Source of the DNA: Takakia lepidozioides | Taxonomy: Eukaryota; Plantae; Bryophyta | DNA: 64,000 nucleotides | Assembly: GCA_030704615.1 (NCBI GenBank) | Contig: CM060732.1 | Span: 58,032,001-58,096,000 of the forward strand | Reading direction: 5' to 3' | Program-made: the position numbers and the translations under genes | Shown here: piece after piece, positions 51,620 through 62,965 of the stretch | Layout of the letters: every line of letters starts with the position of its first letter | How positions within the stretch are numbered: position 1 is the first letter of the stretch | Notes under the pieces: generated by a model | Told to the model about the DNA's origin: nothing | What the model saw: the letters and a program-made list of their open reading frames with translations, nothing else | The model's database searches: none

Positions 51620-51845
51620 TGTCACCCTGAGGTGCAGTGTAACCCTCCTTCCATGTTGCTCCTCTCTGCACAGTGTCACCCTCAGGTGCAGTGTAACCCT
51701 CCTTCCCTGTTGCTCCTCTCTGCACAGTGTCACCCTGAGGTGCAGTGTAACCCTCCTTCCCTGTTGCTCCTCTCTGCACAGTGTCACCCTCAGGTGCAGT
51801 GTAACCCTCGGTTTCAGGGCATCCTCCCCTTGCAGTGTCACCCTG
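51620..51845 (+). repeat. 54-bp minisatellite, about 4 copies, probably intronic
   Basis: GTGTCACCCT(G/C)AGGTGCAGTGTAACCCTCCTTCC(A/C)TGTTGCTCCTCTCTGCACA repeated in tandem. Confidence 0.88.
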
Positions 51846-51931
51846 CGCATCAATGGGACCCACGAAGGCTGGGTCATTCTGAGAGAGGTTGACCACATGA
51901 TCCTGACAAATACTTACATTGCTGCATCGAG

Positions 51932-54445
51932 GGTTCAACCCAACATCTCCAGATTCAAAGTCATACACAGACTTTGGGTCAAGCGGGTCCCTGATTCTTC
52001 GATTAAGACCTTCAAAAGAAATGACTGGGGCTGCGGACAAAAAGGTTCGCACTTGGGTGTTCCACCTTGATGTATCATCTTCAATATCAGTATCAGAATT
52101 CATGGGCAAATCCCGCGCTGACAATGCCGTGAGGGACATTGTCGTGGGTGACACACCATTGCCCGTGAACACTGTAACTTCCGTTGAGAGTGACATTGAC
52201 ATGGGTTACACCCCACAGCCAACCCACATGGCAGATGTCAGTGAGTGTAACACTGCCATGGATGACATTCCACTACCACTAGTCGTGGAAGGTGACACTC
52301 CTTTGCCACGGCCACTAGTCGCGACGGATGACGGTCTTCCGCTAGTCAACATGGTCTTGGAGGGTGCGGAGAAGGGCGACACAATCAAGGATGGCATTGA
52401 GGAGGTTGATGCAAAGAAGAGTGACATCGACATGGGTGACACGGGGAAGGGTGTCACCGAGGAGGTTGTCAGTTGGAAGGGTGACACAAAGCAGGGTCAC
52501 ACTGAGAAGCGTTTCACTGTGGAGAGTCACGAAGAGAAGGATGTTGCGGAGCATCTAGACACTGAGAAGAGTGACACTGCCAAGGGTGACACACATAAGA
52601 TTGTTACTCAGCAGAGTGACACTGGGAAGGAACCCGATGAGAAGGGTGACACTGCGAAGAGTGACACGGATAATGCGGCCAAAGAGAAGGGTGACACTGA
52701 GACCAGTGACACTGAGAAGGTAGCCGGAGAGAAGGGTGACACTAAGATGCGTGACTCTGAGGAGGTAGCTGAAGAGAAGGGTGACACTAAGAAGAGTGAC
52801 ACTGAGGAGGTAGCCGAAGAGATGGTGACATTGAGAAGGAAGCCGAAGAGAAGGGTGACACTGAGAATCGTGACACTGAGGAGGTAGCCGAACAGAACTA
52901 AGAAGCGTGACTCTAACAAGGGGTTTGAACAGAAGGGTGACACTGACAGGGGTAGCACCGAGGAGGTGAGTTGTGACACTTCTGCCCTTGGTCAATCACC
53001 TCCCCAGCACGTCTCAGACGAGGGAGTGCAGTCTTCAGCACTTGCAGCAAACTCAGAACAAGGCACCTCTGGCTCAGAAATTCCCCCTACCGGCAGCATT
53101 GTCAGGGTTGCAGAGAATCCCAGGAGGTCAAAACGGCCGCCTGCTCAAAGAAAGCAGTTGGCTGAACCCCCTAGCGCTGACAAAGAAGTATCTGTTCTTG
53201 TCGCACCCAAAAAACAACGAACCAAACCAAAAGGCAAAAGTGCAGGGGTCTCGGAGGTTGACGTTGTCCATCAGCAAGAGGTCCTTGCCAAGCACTTGCG
53301 GGAGCGTTCGAGGTACCTCATTGTACTTTGATCCTCTCTGATTTTGAATATTGATTATAACTCTTGTATGATGCATCGTAATGTTCGTAATGTGCGGTTT
53401 GTTGTGCAGACTAAAACAACGTTACTTGACAAAGTTCAGAATGGTGTCGGACCCTCCTGGAGCGCCCGAAGTGAAGTTTTATTATGGCGATGCCTTCCTG
53501 GCTTCTAGTCCGTTACAGTTTTACTTGGAAGAGACAGATTTTGAGCCGATGTATAAAATAAGAGCAACTGTCACAGATGCATTGCTCTCGGGTTACAACA
53601 AACTTCTGGAGGCCCAATTGTTTAAGGCTATCGCACCTGAGTTTGTCATCTGTGCTCCTTTCCAATGGCATGTCATGCGTACCAATGGTAACGATCTGCA
53701 GACGCTATTCGGGTTGGTGCAAGAATGGTACACTCAGGATGCCCGAGGGATGGTGTTCACAAAGAATCGAGATCTTGTGGACGTGGTTGTTATCCCTATT
53801 GTCTTTGAGTAAGTAATTTCAGCGTTGACTGAGCATGTTGGGTTACACTCCTCTATTCTAGACTGAGTTGCACTAGTGACTGCTGACTAGTTGTGTAACA
53901 CCGTTTAGAATTATAGTACAAAGGGTTACACTACTGGGTTACACCACAGCCGGGTTACACCACAATGGGTTTCATTGGAGATGTTTTTTTCTATTCTGAC
54001 GTAACGGCTTTGTTTGTGTTGCAGTGATCACTGGAGTGTTGTTGTTTTAGAGCGCCGAGGTCGGATAGTACATTTGGACTCCCATAAAACAATTGCTCGA
54101 CCCAAACTCATTGAAGGAATTTTGCGAAATTTTGCCATAGCGTTCTTTGATTTCATGCCTGGATCTGATGACTTCAGTTACGTCATGGAGAGGATGGAAT
54201 GGTTTGAGACCAGTGTCCCCCATCAACGGAGCTGTTGGGAGTGCGGCTATTATGCACTTTGTTTTGTGCAATTTTACTTGGAGTGGAAGTTCAATGTGAA
54301 AACCACAGAAGATCGAACCCGTCATAGGCGGGCGTTTACTGCAAGTTGGTTCAACGAGTCAACCATGATAGCTTCCCGTACTCATATGATTAGTTGGCTG
54401 TGTGACGAGATGGACAAAGACTTGGTCAGATGGCCAAAGAAATAA
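51932..54445 (+). pseudogene. 3' half of the passenger gene: acidic KGDT/KSDT repeat region plus Ulp1-like (C48) SUMO protease domain; exons ~51932-53312 (disrupted near 52820-52890), 53410-53808, 54025-54445
   Basis: Spliced VVIPIVFD-DHWSVVVL..IVHLDS..PHQRSCWECGYY gives the H, D, Q, C catalytic pattern of C48 peptidases; splice phases compatible. Confidence 0.8.
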
Positions 54446-55823
54446 ATAGCGTCTCTTGATACATTTTTGCTTCTATGTGGTTTGTTCGTAACACTTCACA
54501 GTTTGGGTTTCATGCAATGGGCTTACACACCTTATAAGGTTACATGAAGTGGAATCATAGACAAGTACTTGGGTACACCTTTGGGCCCTGGGGCAATGGG
54601 CTTACACTCTGTGGGTTCACACATAAGTGATGGGTTACACCATGTCGGGTCTCACAACGTGGGGTTACACTTATGGGTTACATACAATGGGCCTAGGGTT
54701 ACATGGTTGGGCCTTCCTGGCTATGTCAGGGTCACGTTGCTGAAACAGTATACTTTTGTGGCATGTAACCCCACCTCGACTATGCGCATTTGTTTTATTT
54801 TTTATTTTTTTCGCACTGAAGTGTTTGTGCACTGAAGTTCTCAGATTTATACTACATGGGGTTACATACATGAGGTCTATGTACAATGGGTTACATACGA
54901 TGGGGTCACAATAGTGTGGGGGTAACATCTGGTCGGGCTACATACTTCTTGGAGTTACAACACTCTGGGTTACACTCACTCAAGAGGGTTACACAGTTCT
55001 AAGTTACACTGTGCTCAATGAAAGTGGGCAGGGTTGCCTATACAAGGGCTACATGTCGTGGGGATACATAAGATGGGGTGATGTAGCATCGGGGTTTATA
55101 GCGTGCACCCCAAATTGTACAATGGGTTACATGCGATGGGGTGACATCAATGGGGGTTACATGTGGTCGGGATACATACTTCTTGGGGTTACACAACAAC
55201 AAGTTACACTCCGGAGGGCTACACTGGTCCATAACATAGGTTGAACGGAATGATTATCTATCTCATGGATTACACGTCCATGGGTTACACACAAATTGGG
55301 TTACACATACAGGGGTTACACATACAGGGGTTAGTGTTGGTGACTAAAGGTGCTCGACTTCAGCATCTTCCCACTCTATATTGAAGGGTCATGTAACCCT
55401 GGCAGACTAACCCAGACCCTGTAGTCACATTGTAGTCATCGACTTATAATTCTCAGAGTTACACCACTGACATCAATATTCTATGGGGTTACATATTGGG
55501 TTACACTGTTGATAGTTACATTGCAGTTACACTTGGAGTTACACCACAATGAGTTACACTGAAGAGGTTCACACTCATCTGTGTTACACTGTGTGGAGTA
55601 CCACAGATGCGAGTTACACTAAGTAGAGCTATGTTACGTTATGAAACCCCAGACGGTGTAACCCTGCGGTGTGTCACCCCAGCCCATGGGTGTCCCATTG
55701 AGTGGGTTACATAGGTTGAATGTGGATGGAATGGCAAAGTGAATAACAACCCATGAACAGACATGTACTTCATATTAAACTTGGTGATCACAAAATAAGT
55801 GTCATTGCCAATGGACTCAATGG

Positions 55824-56970
55824 TCACTTACTACGGAACCGGTCTACAAAATCTACTTTCCTGGCAAGGGACATGTTGTTTCCATCATCATTTTTTATGA
55901 ATGGAACTGCTTAAAGAGGGTGCAACAGACCTTTGTCGATTCTAACTTGTAAAGTGGACAGCCTCCCACGAACACAATGAAGCTCGGCAAGCAGATGTTT
56001 GCGCATTGTTTAACTCTCATTGCCAAGAAGCGACAGGGACTTCAGCTCAGATTCAATTGATGAAACATCCGATGGCTCCTGCCGACCACGCTGGGATGAT
56101 GCTGAGCACTCCGTAGGCTCTGCTAGATTCACAACTTCCTCCTCTGCATCAATATCTGGAAGTTCCGATTTCATCAACATGTGAAGACCTCCATGAATGG
56201 TCCCGAGCTTTGTGCCACAGAGCTTCACAATAAGCCCTTCCTTCAGATTTGGCTTCATCAATTGAAGAACGCGGATTTGATGTTTGCACAAGTTACCCTT
56301 CAAAGCCCATGGACAATCTCAACAAGCCCAGGTGGTTGCAGGTGCATAGATTGTGTAGCTTCGACCGGCCGTTTGAACACTATCCACAATCGCCGGATGA
56401 CCAGGAATAGTGGGCAAATGAACATTGACATCAGGGATCTCCCTTGCAGTCCAAACAACATTACTGATAAATTCCTCCTGTCATACATTCCTTTTGAAGC
56501 CTTTCGATTTCAAGTTATCTCTATACCAATAGTGGGTTAGAACAGGACCCACGAGTTCGCTGATCAGCCAATCGATTCTCCTGCCATCAAGCCTTTGCTT
56601 TCCCGAGCGTAAACGAGCCTTCAAATTTCCGTGCCAAGATTCAATTGCGGCATTAGTATCCTGACTTGCATGGGGAATATAACGAGCCCCCGTGATCCAC
56701 ATGCTCAGTTTTGGGACCCATTCCATTCCGATGTAATGTAGGAAGTCACGCGCAAGCGGATAGGAATAATTCAAATCTTCCAGTCGCTCCAGCGCCCACT
56801 CTTCTTGGGTGACTCCCACACATGTGTTAATGCCGTACATTACGTCGCCAAGCTGTTTCAAAACAGCATTGCGAGTGTATGGATCGGGCATCTTACGCCA
56901 CGAATGTTTCAGCCAAGCGCGGCGAACATGCCAAAGGCATAGAAATATCGCTACGTCCCCAAACGATTCC
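55824..56970 (-). pseudogene. MULE transposase, C-terminal half on the opposite strand, with in-frame stops
   Basis: ESFGDVAIFLCLWHV (CxxH), TNAAIESWHGNLK (catalytic E), SWIM finger C*DC..NLCKHQ; stops at 56481, 56319, 56010 and ~55911 all in one frame. Confidence 0.88.
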
Positions 56971-57601
56971 CTGCACGCACACACATCAAATGCCACCCAA
57001 TCCATCAGTGTAACTCTTGTCAGTGTAACTCTTATCAGAGGAACTCTTCGCAGTGTAACTCGTAGAAGTGTAACTCTTCAAAGTGTCACTCTTAGTAGTG
57101 TGACTCATGTAATCCCTGGTCATGTAACTATCAGTGAACCTCACAGCAGTGTAACCCAACACATATAACCCCTCACAGCGCTGTAACGCAATCCATGTTA
57201 CACCGTGTAACTCTCAGAGCGACCCAACCCATACAACCCTCTGCGATGCTCCCAGTGTAACTCACAGGCTATAGCAGTGCAACCTAATCCATGCAGGACT
57301 GTGGATGACACGCCGTGTAACTCCCAGTGTAACTCGCAGTGTAACCCTCTGTCTACCTCATAGCTGTGTAACCCTCAGTCTAACTCACAGCAGTGTAACC
57401 CTCCGTCCAACTCAAGGCAGTATAACCATCTGTCTAACTGATAATGTAACCCTTAGTGTAACAGACAGCACTGCAACCCAATCCATGTAACCCCTCAAGC
57501 AACTGACAGTGTAACTCCAAGTGTTATAGGCAGCAATGCACCCCCTCGTGTAACTGCTGCTAAGTTCACCCCTAAGTGCAGCTGGGTTGAGTACAATTCA
57601 C

Positions 57602-60210
57602 CAACCTGCGACAAAGATACAACGGCAGATTGGAATGATGTCCTCGTCATGTACATCGTCGCTCTGCGGGGCGGAAATTGGCCCATCGCTCGTCTGCGTG
57701 CCCCCTACGCCCCCTGTATCGCATTGTGGAGGGGCCCATACACAACTTTGTGAAGCTCACGTTGAGCCTCAAAAAGGTTTTTGAATGCATTGGCGACTTG
57801 ATTGGTCATGAGCTCGGACTCATCTGCATCGGGGAAAAGACAAAGGTTTTTAGTCGTGGAACGAGGTTTTTGAAAGTGCAAGGGTTACACTATGTAAAGG
57901 GTTACATTGACTAGGACAAGACAGTGGTTTGGATTACACGATGTGGGTTACACCACCCTGTTAGAGACAGTAGTTTGCAATGGGTTACACTACCATGGGT
58001 TACACTACTGAGATTACACAACGAGAGGGTAACAAATCTAGGGTAACACAGCGAGGGGTACCATTAGGGATACACTGATTACAGGGTTACATACTCCGAG
58101 GGTTACACTGATTACAGGGTTACACACAGCAAGGGTTACACTGAGTACAAGGTTCCACATAGCGAGGGTTACACACAACGAGGGTTACACTGAGTTACAA
58201 GGTTCCACATAGCGAGGGTTACAATGATTACAAGATTACACACAAAGGGGTTACACGACGAGAGGGGTGACAGTGGATGGAGTAACACTTACAGAGATAC
58301 CAAGGCACTACAGACCCAAGGTCTCTCATATACTGGATGCCCAAACGCGCATTGAAGTCCATTTATGTTGGTGATTCGCTGAAGAGGCCACAACACCAAA
58401 GCTGGATAAACGATTCTCTCTGTTGGATCGCAAAGTGATGGGCGGCGCGACGACGGCTTGCCTTGCAAAACTGTATAGCTCCGTTGATCTTAATTGACCG
58501 GTCACCCCACTCTTCTGTACTCAAACTCAATCTTAAGTCTTCGAGCTCAAAATCCAAGGTCGCAATTCCGTCACCAGGTTGTGCAAAGTACATCAGACTA
58601 AAACCGTAATACTCATCGACCAGGTCCTTCACCTTTGAGGCCGTAAGAGCACTTTCCAAAAGTTCGGTCGTGAACCCCAACCTGGGATGCGTTTGGGAAA
58701 CTGACCTGCCATGATTTCTTACATCGTTGTGGGCCAGAATTCTCAAAAGGAGTGGTGGCGGTCCAATGTGCGGTTTGGTGAGATTCTCCATTTGACTGAT
58801 CAATCCTTCGGCAAAACCACGAGTGAATTCCAACGGATCTGGAACAACCAAACCTTTGATTCCATCTACAGTAATAGTGATGACAAGAGGATTTGAAGTT
58901 CTGGCATCGTCAAGGTCGGTATTGCCAACAGCTAGTTCGTCCATCGTGTCATCATCATGTGAGGCTTGGCTCTCTCGATAGACTCGTGTAAGTCTCCCAC
59001 CTTTTTTCTTTTTCTGCTTTGGCATGTCAGGATGCCCAATGCTCTCTAAATACTCCTTCACCCGATTCAATTCCTCTATCATTAACGGACCATGATCCGG
59101 CTGGGCAGTAAACGCCTTGTGGGCAGCAACAACACTGTCCATATCATCGCTTCTAAGATGATATCGAGCTCCCTGTGCAATACAGCGTGAGGGGTTACAC
59201 CAGAGAAAAGGGTTACAGCACGAGGGGTTACACATGAAAATGGGTTACAAACAAGATGAGCTACACGGGGTTACACAGAGGTGGGTTACACACCATAGGG
59301 GTTTTTAAAAGGGGTCCTCTGTAGGTGGGTTACACTCTGGGTTACACGCCACAGGAGAGACAGGGGGGGTAACACAAGGGGTTACATGGATAGAAAACAG
59401 CCCAAAATTTGAAAAACAGAGAAATGGCAGGGAATCCAACTTGATTGTCTGTCGATAGAACCCAACTTGATTTTGCAGCTGTCGCATAGACTGCGCCCTC
59501 GCCTCGCGCAACAAATTCTTGGAATGCCGGCCAAAACCCCTTCTCATTGACATTCGAAAATGGGAACTGAGGAATAAGGCCATGCGGTAGCAGAAGGATT
59601 GAGCCTGGAGTTCGCTTTCGCAAGATGAACCTTGAGCTCTGGTTTCCCCGGTTTCCAATGTTGATTTTCTTTGCAATAGGGACAGGTAGAGGCAGGCTCA
59701 ATCGCCGCTTGTCTCTCTCATTAGAAACCTGCCGAATAGAAGGACCAGGGACAAAAACAGCAGGAGCACCAGAAGATGGAACCTCTGTAGCAGAAATAGC
59801 CAAAGAAGGTACAACAGCAGGCACTTCAATAGGATCTGCAATCTCACCCAAAGCCACCCTATTTTGCAGAATCCATGCATGATATGCATCAACAGAAGAA
59901 GCTGGAACAGAATTCATCACATTTTCAACAGCCATGGCATGCTTGAGCTCCGCATCAGGAAACGGTTTTGTTCCTTTCGGTCTGGCCATACATGCGGCCG
60001 TTCCATCGACAATATGCCGATTCAATCTGCTCTTATCTACCTTTACTGCCCCACAATAAGGACATTTGAACTTAGGCCGGCCCTTTGCTCCCTCCACCTT
60101 GGCCTCTCTACACCTGGTGTGGCAGTACGCAATCATTGTAGCATGCTCATGCTCAGTGTACCAGAAGCGAACTCGTTCGCCATCCCTTTTCAAGTGATCA
60201 AATAGTAGCC
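57602..60210 (-). pseudogene. 5' half of the passenger gene with a zinc-finger-like motif; exons ~60210-59441, 59172-58293, 57823-57602
   Basis: FKCPYCGAVKVDKSRLNRH(x7)C; basic NLS-like PKQKKKKGG; GT-AG introns filled with GTAACCC repeats and in compatible phases; premature stops at 58363 and near 57700; first exon boundary uncertain. Confidence 0.68.
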
Positions 60211-61462
60211 TCTCCAGGGAACAAATAACAATCAGCCATGACAAAAGAAAAAGCTGACAGAAGAGAAGAGAAGAGCAAGAGCAAGAAAAGACAAGACAAG
60301 AAAAGACCAAGACCAAGAGAATTCCGAAGAACGCACAACGGGGAGCACGCACAGCAAAGAGTGCAGGAAGAATATGAAAGGCTGCGAGAAGGGGAAAACT
60401 GAACAATGATCAAAGAACGAAGAACGAAGCTAGCTAGATGTCACCCGTAAGGCACGTCGGTTCATTAAAATTTGGCGGCTTGCAATCAATTATATCCGCA
60501 CTGACTCACACGTGTATGAGTTGCAATCCCGGTGTCACCCGGAATAGCGGAGTGTAACCCGTAACCCTACACTTGTGAGCGCGACAAACCGGCCGTTACC
60601 CGCATGCCAGGCACGTCGAGTGTAACCCTCCGTCAGGTACCCACATATGATGTAACCCTTCGTCACAACTCATGTACCCCTAGTCTATGTGACTCCCGAA
60701 CACAACATCGATGTAACCCTGTCATATCAAACCATTAGTATGCAACCTCCAGGTAAACATGGTCAATGTAACGCCCCACCCATGTAACCCTAGCCTATGT
60801 GGCTCCGCAAGCGCAACATCCACGTAACCCATCAAACATGTCAACCCCATCTAAACCTCCATTACTAAACCGTCTACCAAGCCAGCATGTATTGAGAAAG
60901 AAAACACCGTGTAACCCCCTGTGTGTAACCATAGCACACGTGAGGTAGTCATATAAACCATCAGACATGTAACCGGTTGACAGTGCTTGCAAAACACGCA
61001 TGATTCGATACGTATTGCATCCATAATAGCGATGAGTAGGCTGCCCCGGCTGGTGTGTGAACAAAAGATACACAAGAAGAGAGTGAATGGGCACCCCGTC
61101 AAATGAGCGGCTGCTTGCATGGCTAGACCGAAAGAAACAAAACCCTTTCCTAATGCGGATCTTAGGTTTACCATAGCCATCGGGGACGGTGACAAAACAA
61201 GAAGAATGACATTGAGAAAGAAAAAGAATAGAGATAACCGTATCAATCTTAGAGAAAACCGTAGTAATAGATTTGACGGATCGCTGCGCGGAAAGCGTTG
61301 TCTTGTATGTTGCTGGGATGACGATACTGAACTGAATGAACTACAAATCTTTCGCATTGATGTGTGAAGCCGATTGGGCGCCATGGGAATTGCAGAAAGC
61401 TGATGCCCCAAAGCAAAAAAACGAGCGAGCTAGGAATCTGAAAAACGGATGGAGAGAGCAAA

Positions 61463-61486
61463 TTAGGGTTTTGGCCTCTATTTAAA
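61463..61486 (-). promoter_or_regulatory. Candidate inward-facing promoter: TATA-like TTTAAATA followed by telo-box AAACCCTAA
   Basis: Minus strand reads GGTTTAAATAGAGGCCAAAACCCTAATTTGCTCTCTCC just inside the right array, upstream of the passenger gene. Confidence 0.45.
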
Positions 61487-61534
61487 CCTCCATTCGGCCA
61501 TCAGATAGTTTACACGTGTATGATGTACACGAAG

Positions 61535-62965
61535 CGGTGTTACAGAGGGTTACATGGGTTACAGAGGGTTACATGGTGGTGAGGGTTACAGAGGGTCAGA
61601 GAGGGTTACATGGAGTGAGGGTTACATAGGGGTGAGGGTGACACTCTGCGGTGTTACAGAGGGTTACATGGTGGTGAGGGTTACAAAGGGTCACAGAGGG
61701 TTACATGGGTTATAGAGGGTTACATGGAGTGAGGGTTACATAAGGGGTGAGGGCGACACTCTGCGGTGTTACAGAGGGTTACATAGGTTACAGAGCCACA
61801 GAGGGTTTGTGAGGGTTACATGGAATGAGGGTAACACTCTACGGTGTTACAGAGGATTACATGGTGGTGAGGGTTACAAAGGATCACAGAGGGTTACATG
61901 GAGTGAGGGTTACATAAGGGGTGAGGGCGACACTCTGCGGTGTTACAGAGGGTTACATGGGTTACAGAGCCACAGAGGGTTTGTGAGGGTTACATGGAGT
62001 GAGGGTCACATGGTGGCGAGGGTGACACTCTGCGGTGTTACAGAGAGTTACATGGTGGTAAGGGTTACACCTGGTGAGGGATATAGAGGGTCACAGAGGG
62101 TTACATGGGTTACAGAGGGTTACATGGTGGTGAGGGTTACAGAGGGTCAGAGAGGGTTACATGGAATGAGGGTTACATAGGGATAAGGGTGACACTCTGC
62201 GGTGTTACAGAGGGTTACATGGGTTACAGAGGGTTACATGGAGTGAGGGTTACATAAGGGGTGAGGGCGACATTCTGCGGTGTTACAGAGGGTTACATGG
62301 GTTACAAAGCCACAAAGGGTTTGTGAGGGTTACATGGAGTGAGGGTTACATGGTGACGAGGGTGACACTCTGCGGTGTTATAGAGGGTTACATGGTGGTG
62401 AGGGTTACAAAGGGTCACAGAGGGTTACATGGGTTACAGAGCCACAGAGGGTTTGTGAGGGTTACATGGAGTGAGGGTTACATGGGATGAGGGTGACACT
62501 CTGCGGTGCTACAGAGGGTTAGAGAGGGTTACATGGTGGTGAGGGTTACAGAGGGTTACAGAGGGTTACATACGGGTGAGGGTGACACTCTGCGGTGTTA
62601 CAGAGGGTTACATGGTGGTGAGGGTTACAAAGGGTCACAGAGGGTTACATGGGTTACAGAGGGTCACAGAGGATTACATGGGTTACAAAGGGTTACAGAG
62701 GGTTACATGGAGTGAGGGTTACACTCTGCGGTGTTACATAGGGTTATATGGGTTACAGAGGATTACATAGGGTTACATGGGTTGCAAAGTGTTACAGAGG
62801 GTTACATAGGGGGTGGGGGTGACACTCTGCGGTGTTATAGAGGGTTACATGGGTTACAGAGGGTTACATGGTGGTGAGGGTTACAGAGGGTCATGGGGTT
62901 ATATGGGTTACAGAGGGTTACATGGTGGTGTGGGTTACACTCGGCGGAGTTACAGAGGGTTACAT
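61535..62965 (-). repeat. Right subterminal minisatellite array (GGGTTACA on the plus strand), inverted relative to the left array and longer
   Basis: GAGGGTTACA(T/G) units with GGTGACACTCTGCGGTGTTACA spacers and higher-order repeats. Confidence 0.92.

Noticed and set aside
49490-51845. CRISPR-like array
   Set aside because: No constant repeat with unique spacers, no cas genes, eukaryotic context.
51339-52202. 287-aa minus-strand ORF with YTAPEGDTVQRGATGKEG repeats
   Set aside because: Openness is explained by a 54-bp (multiple of 3) minisatellite and antisense overlap with two exons; no independent support.
61535-62965. True or interstitial telomere
   Set aside because: Unit is not TTTAGGG/TTAGGG, is mirrored at the other end of the element and is enclosed by TIRs and a TSD.
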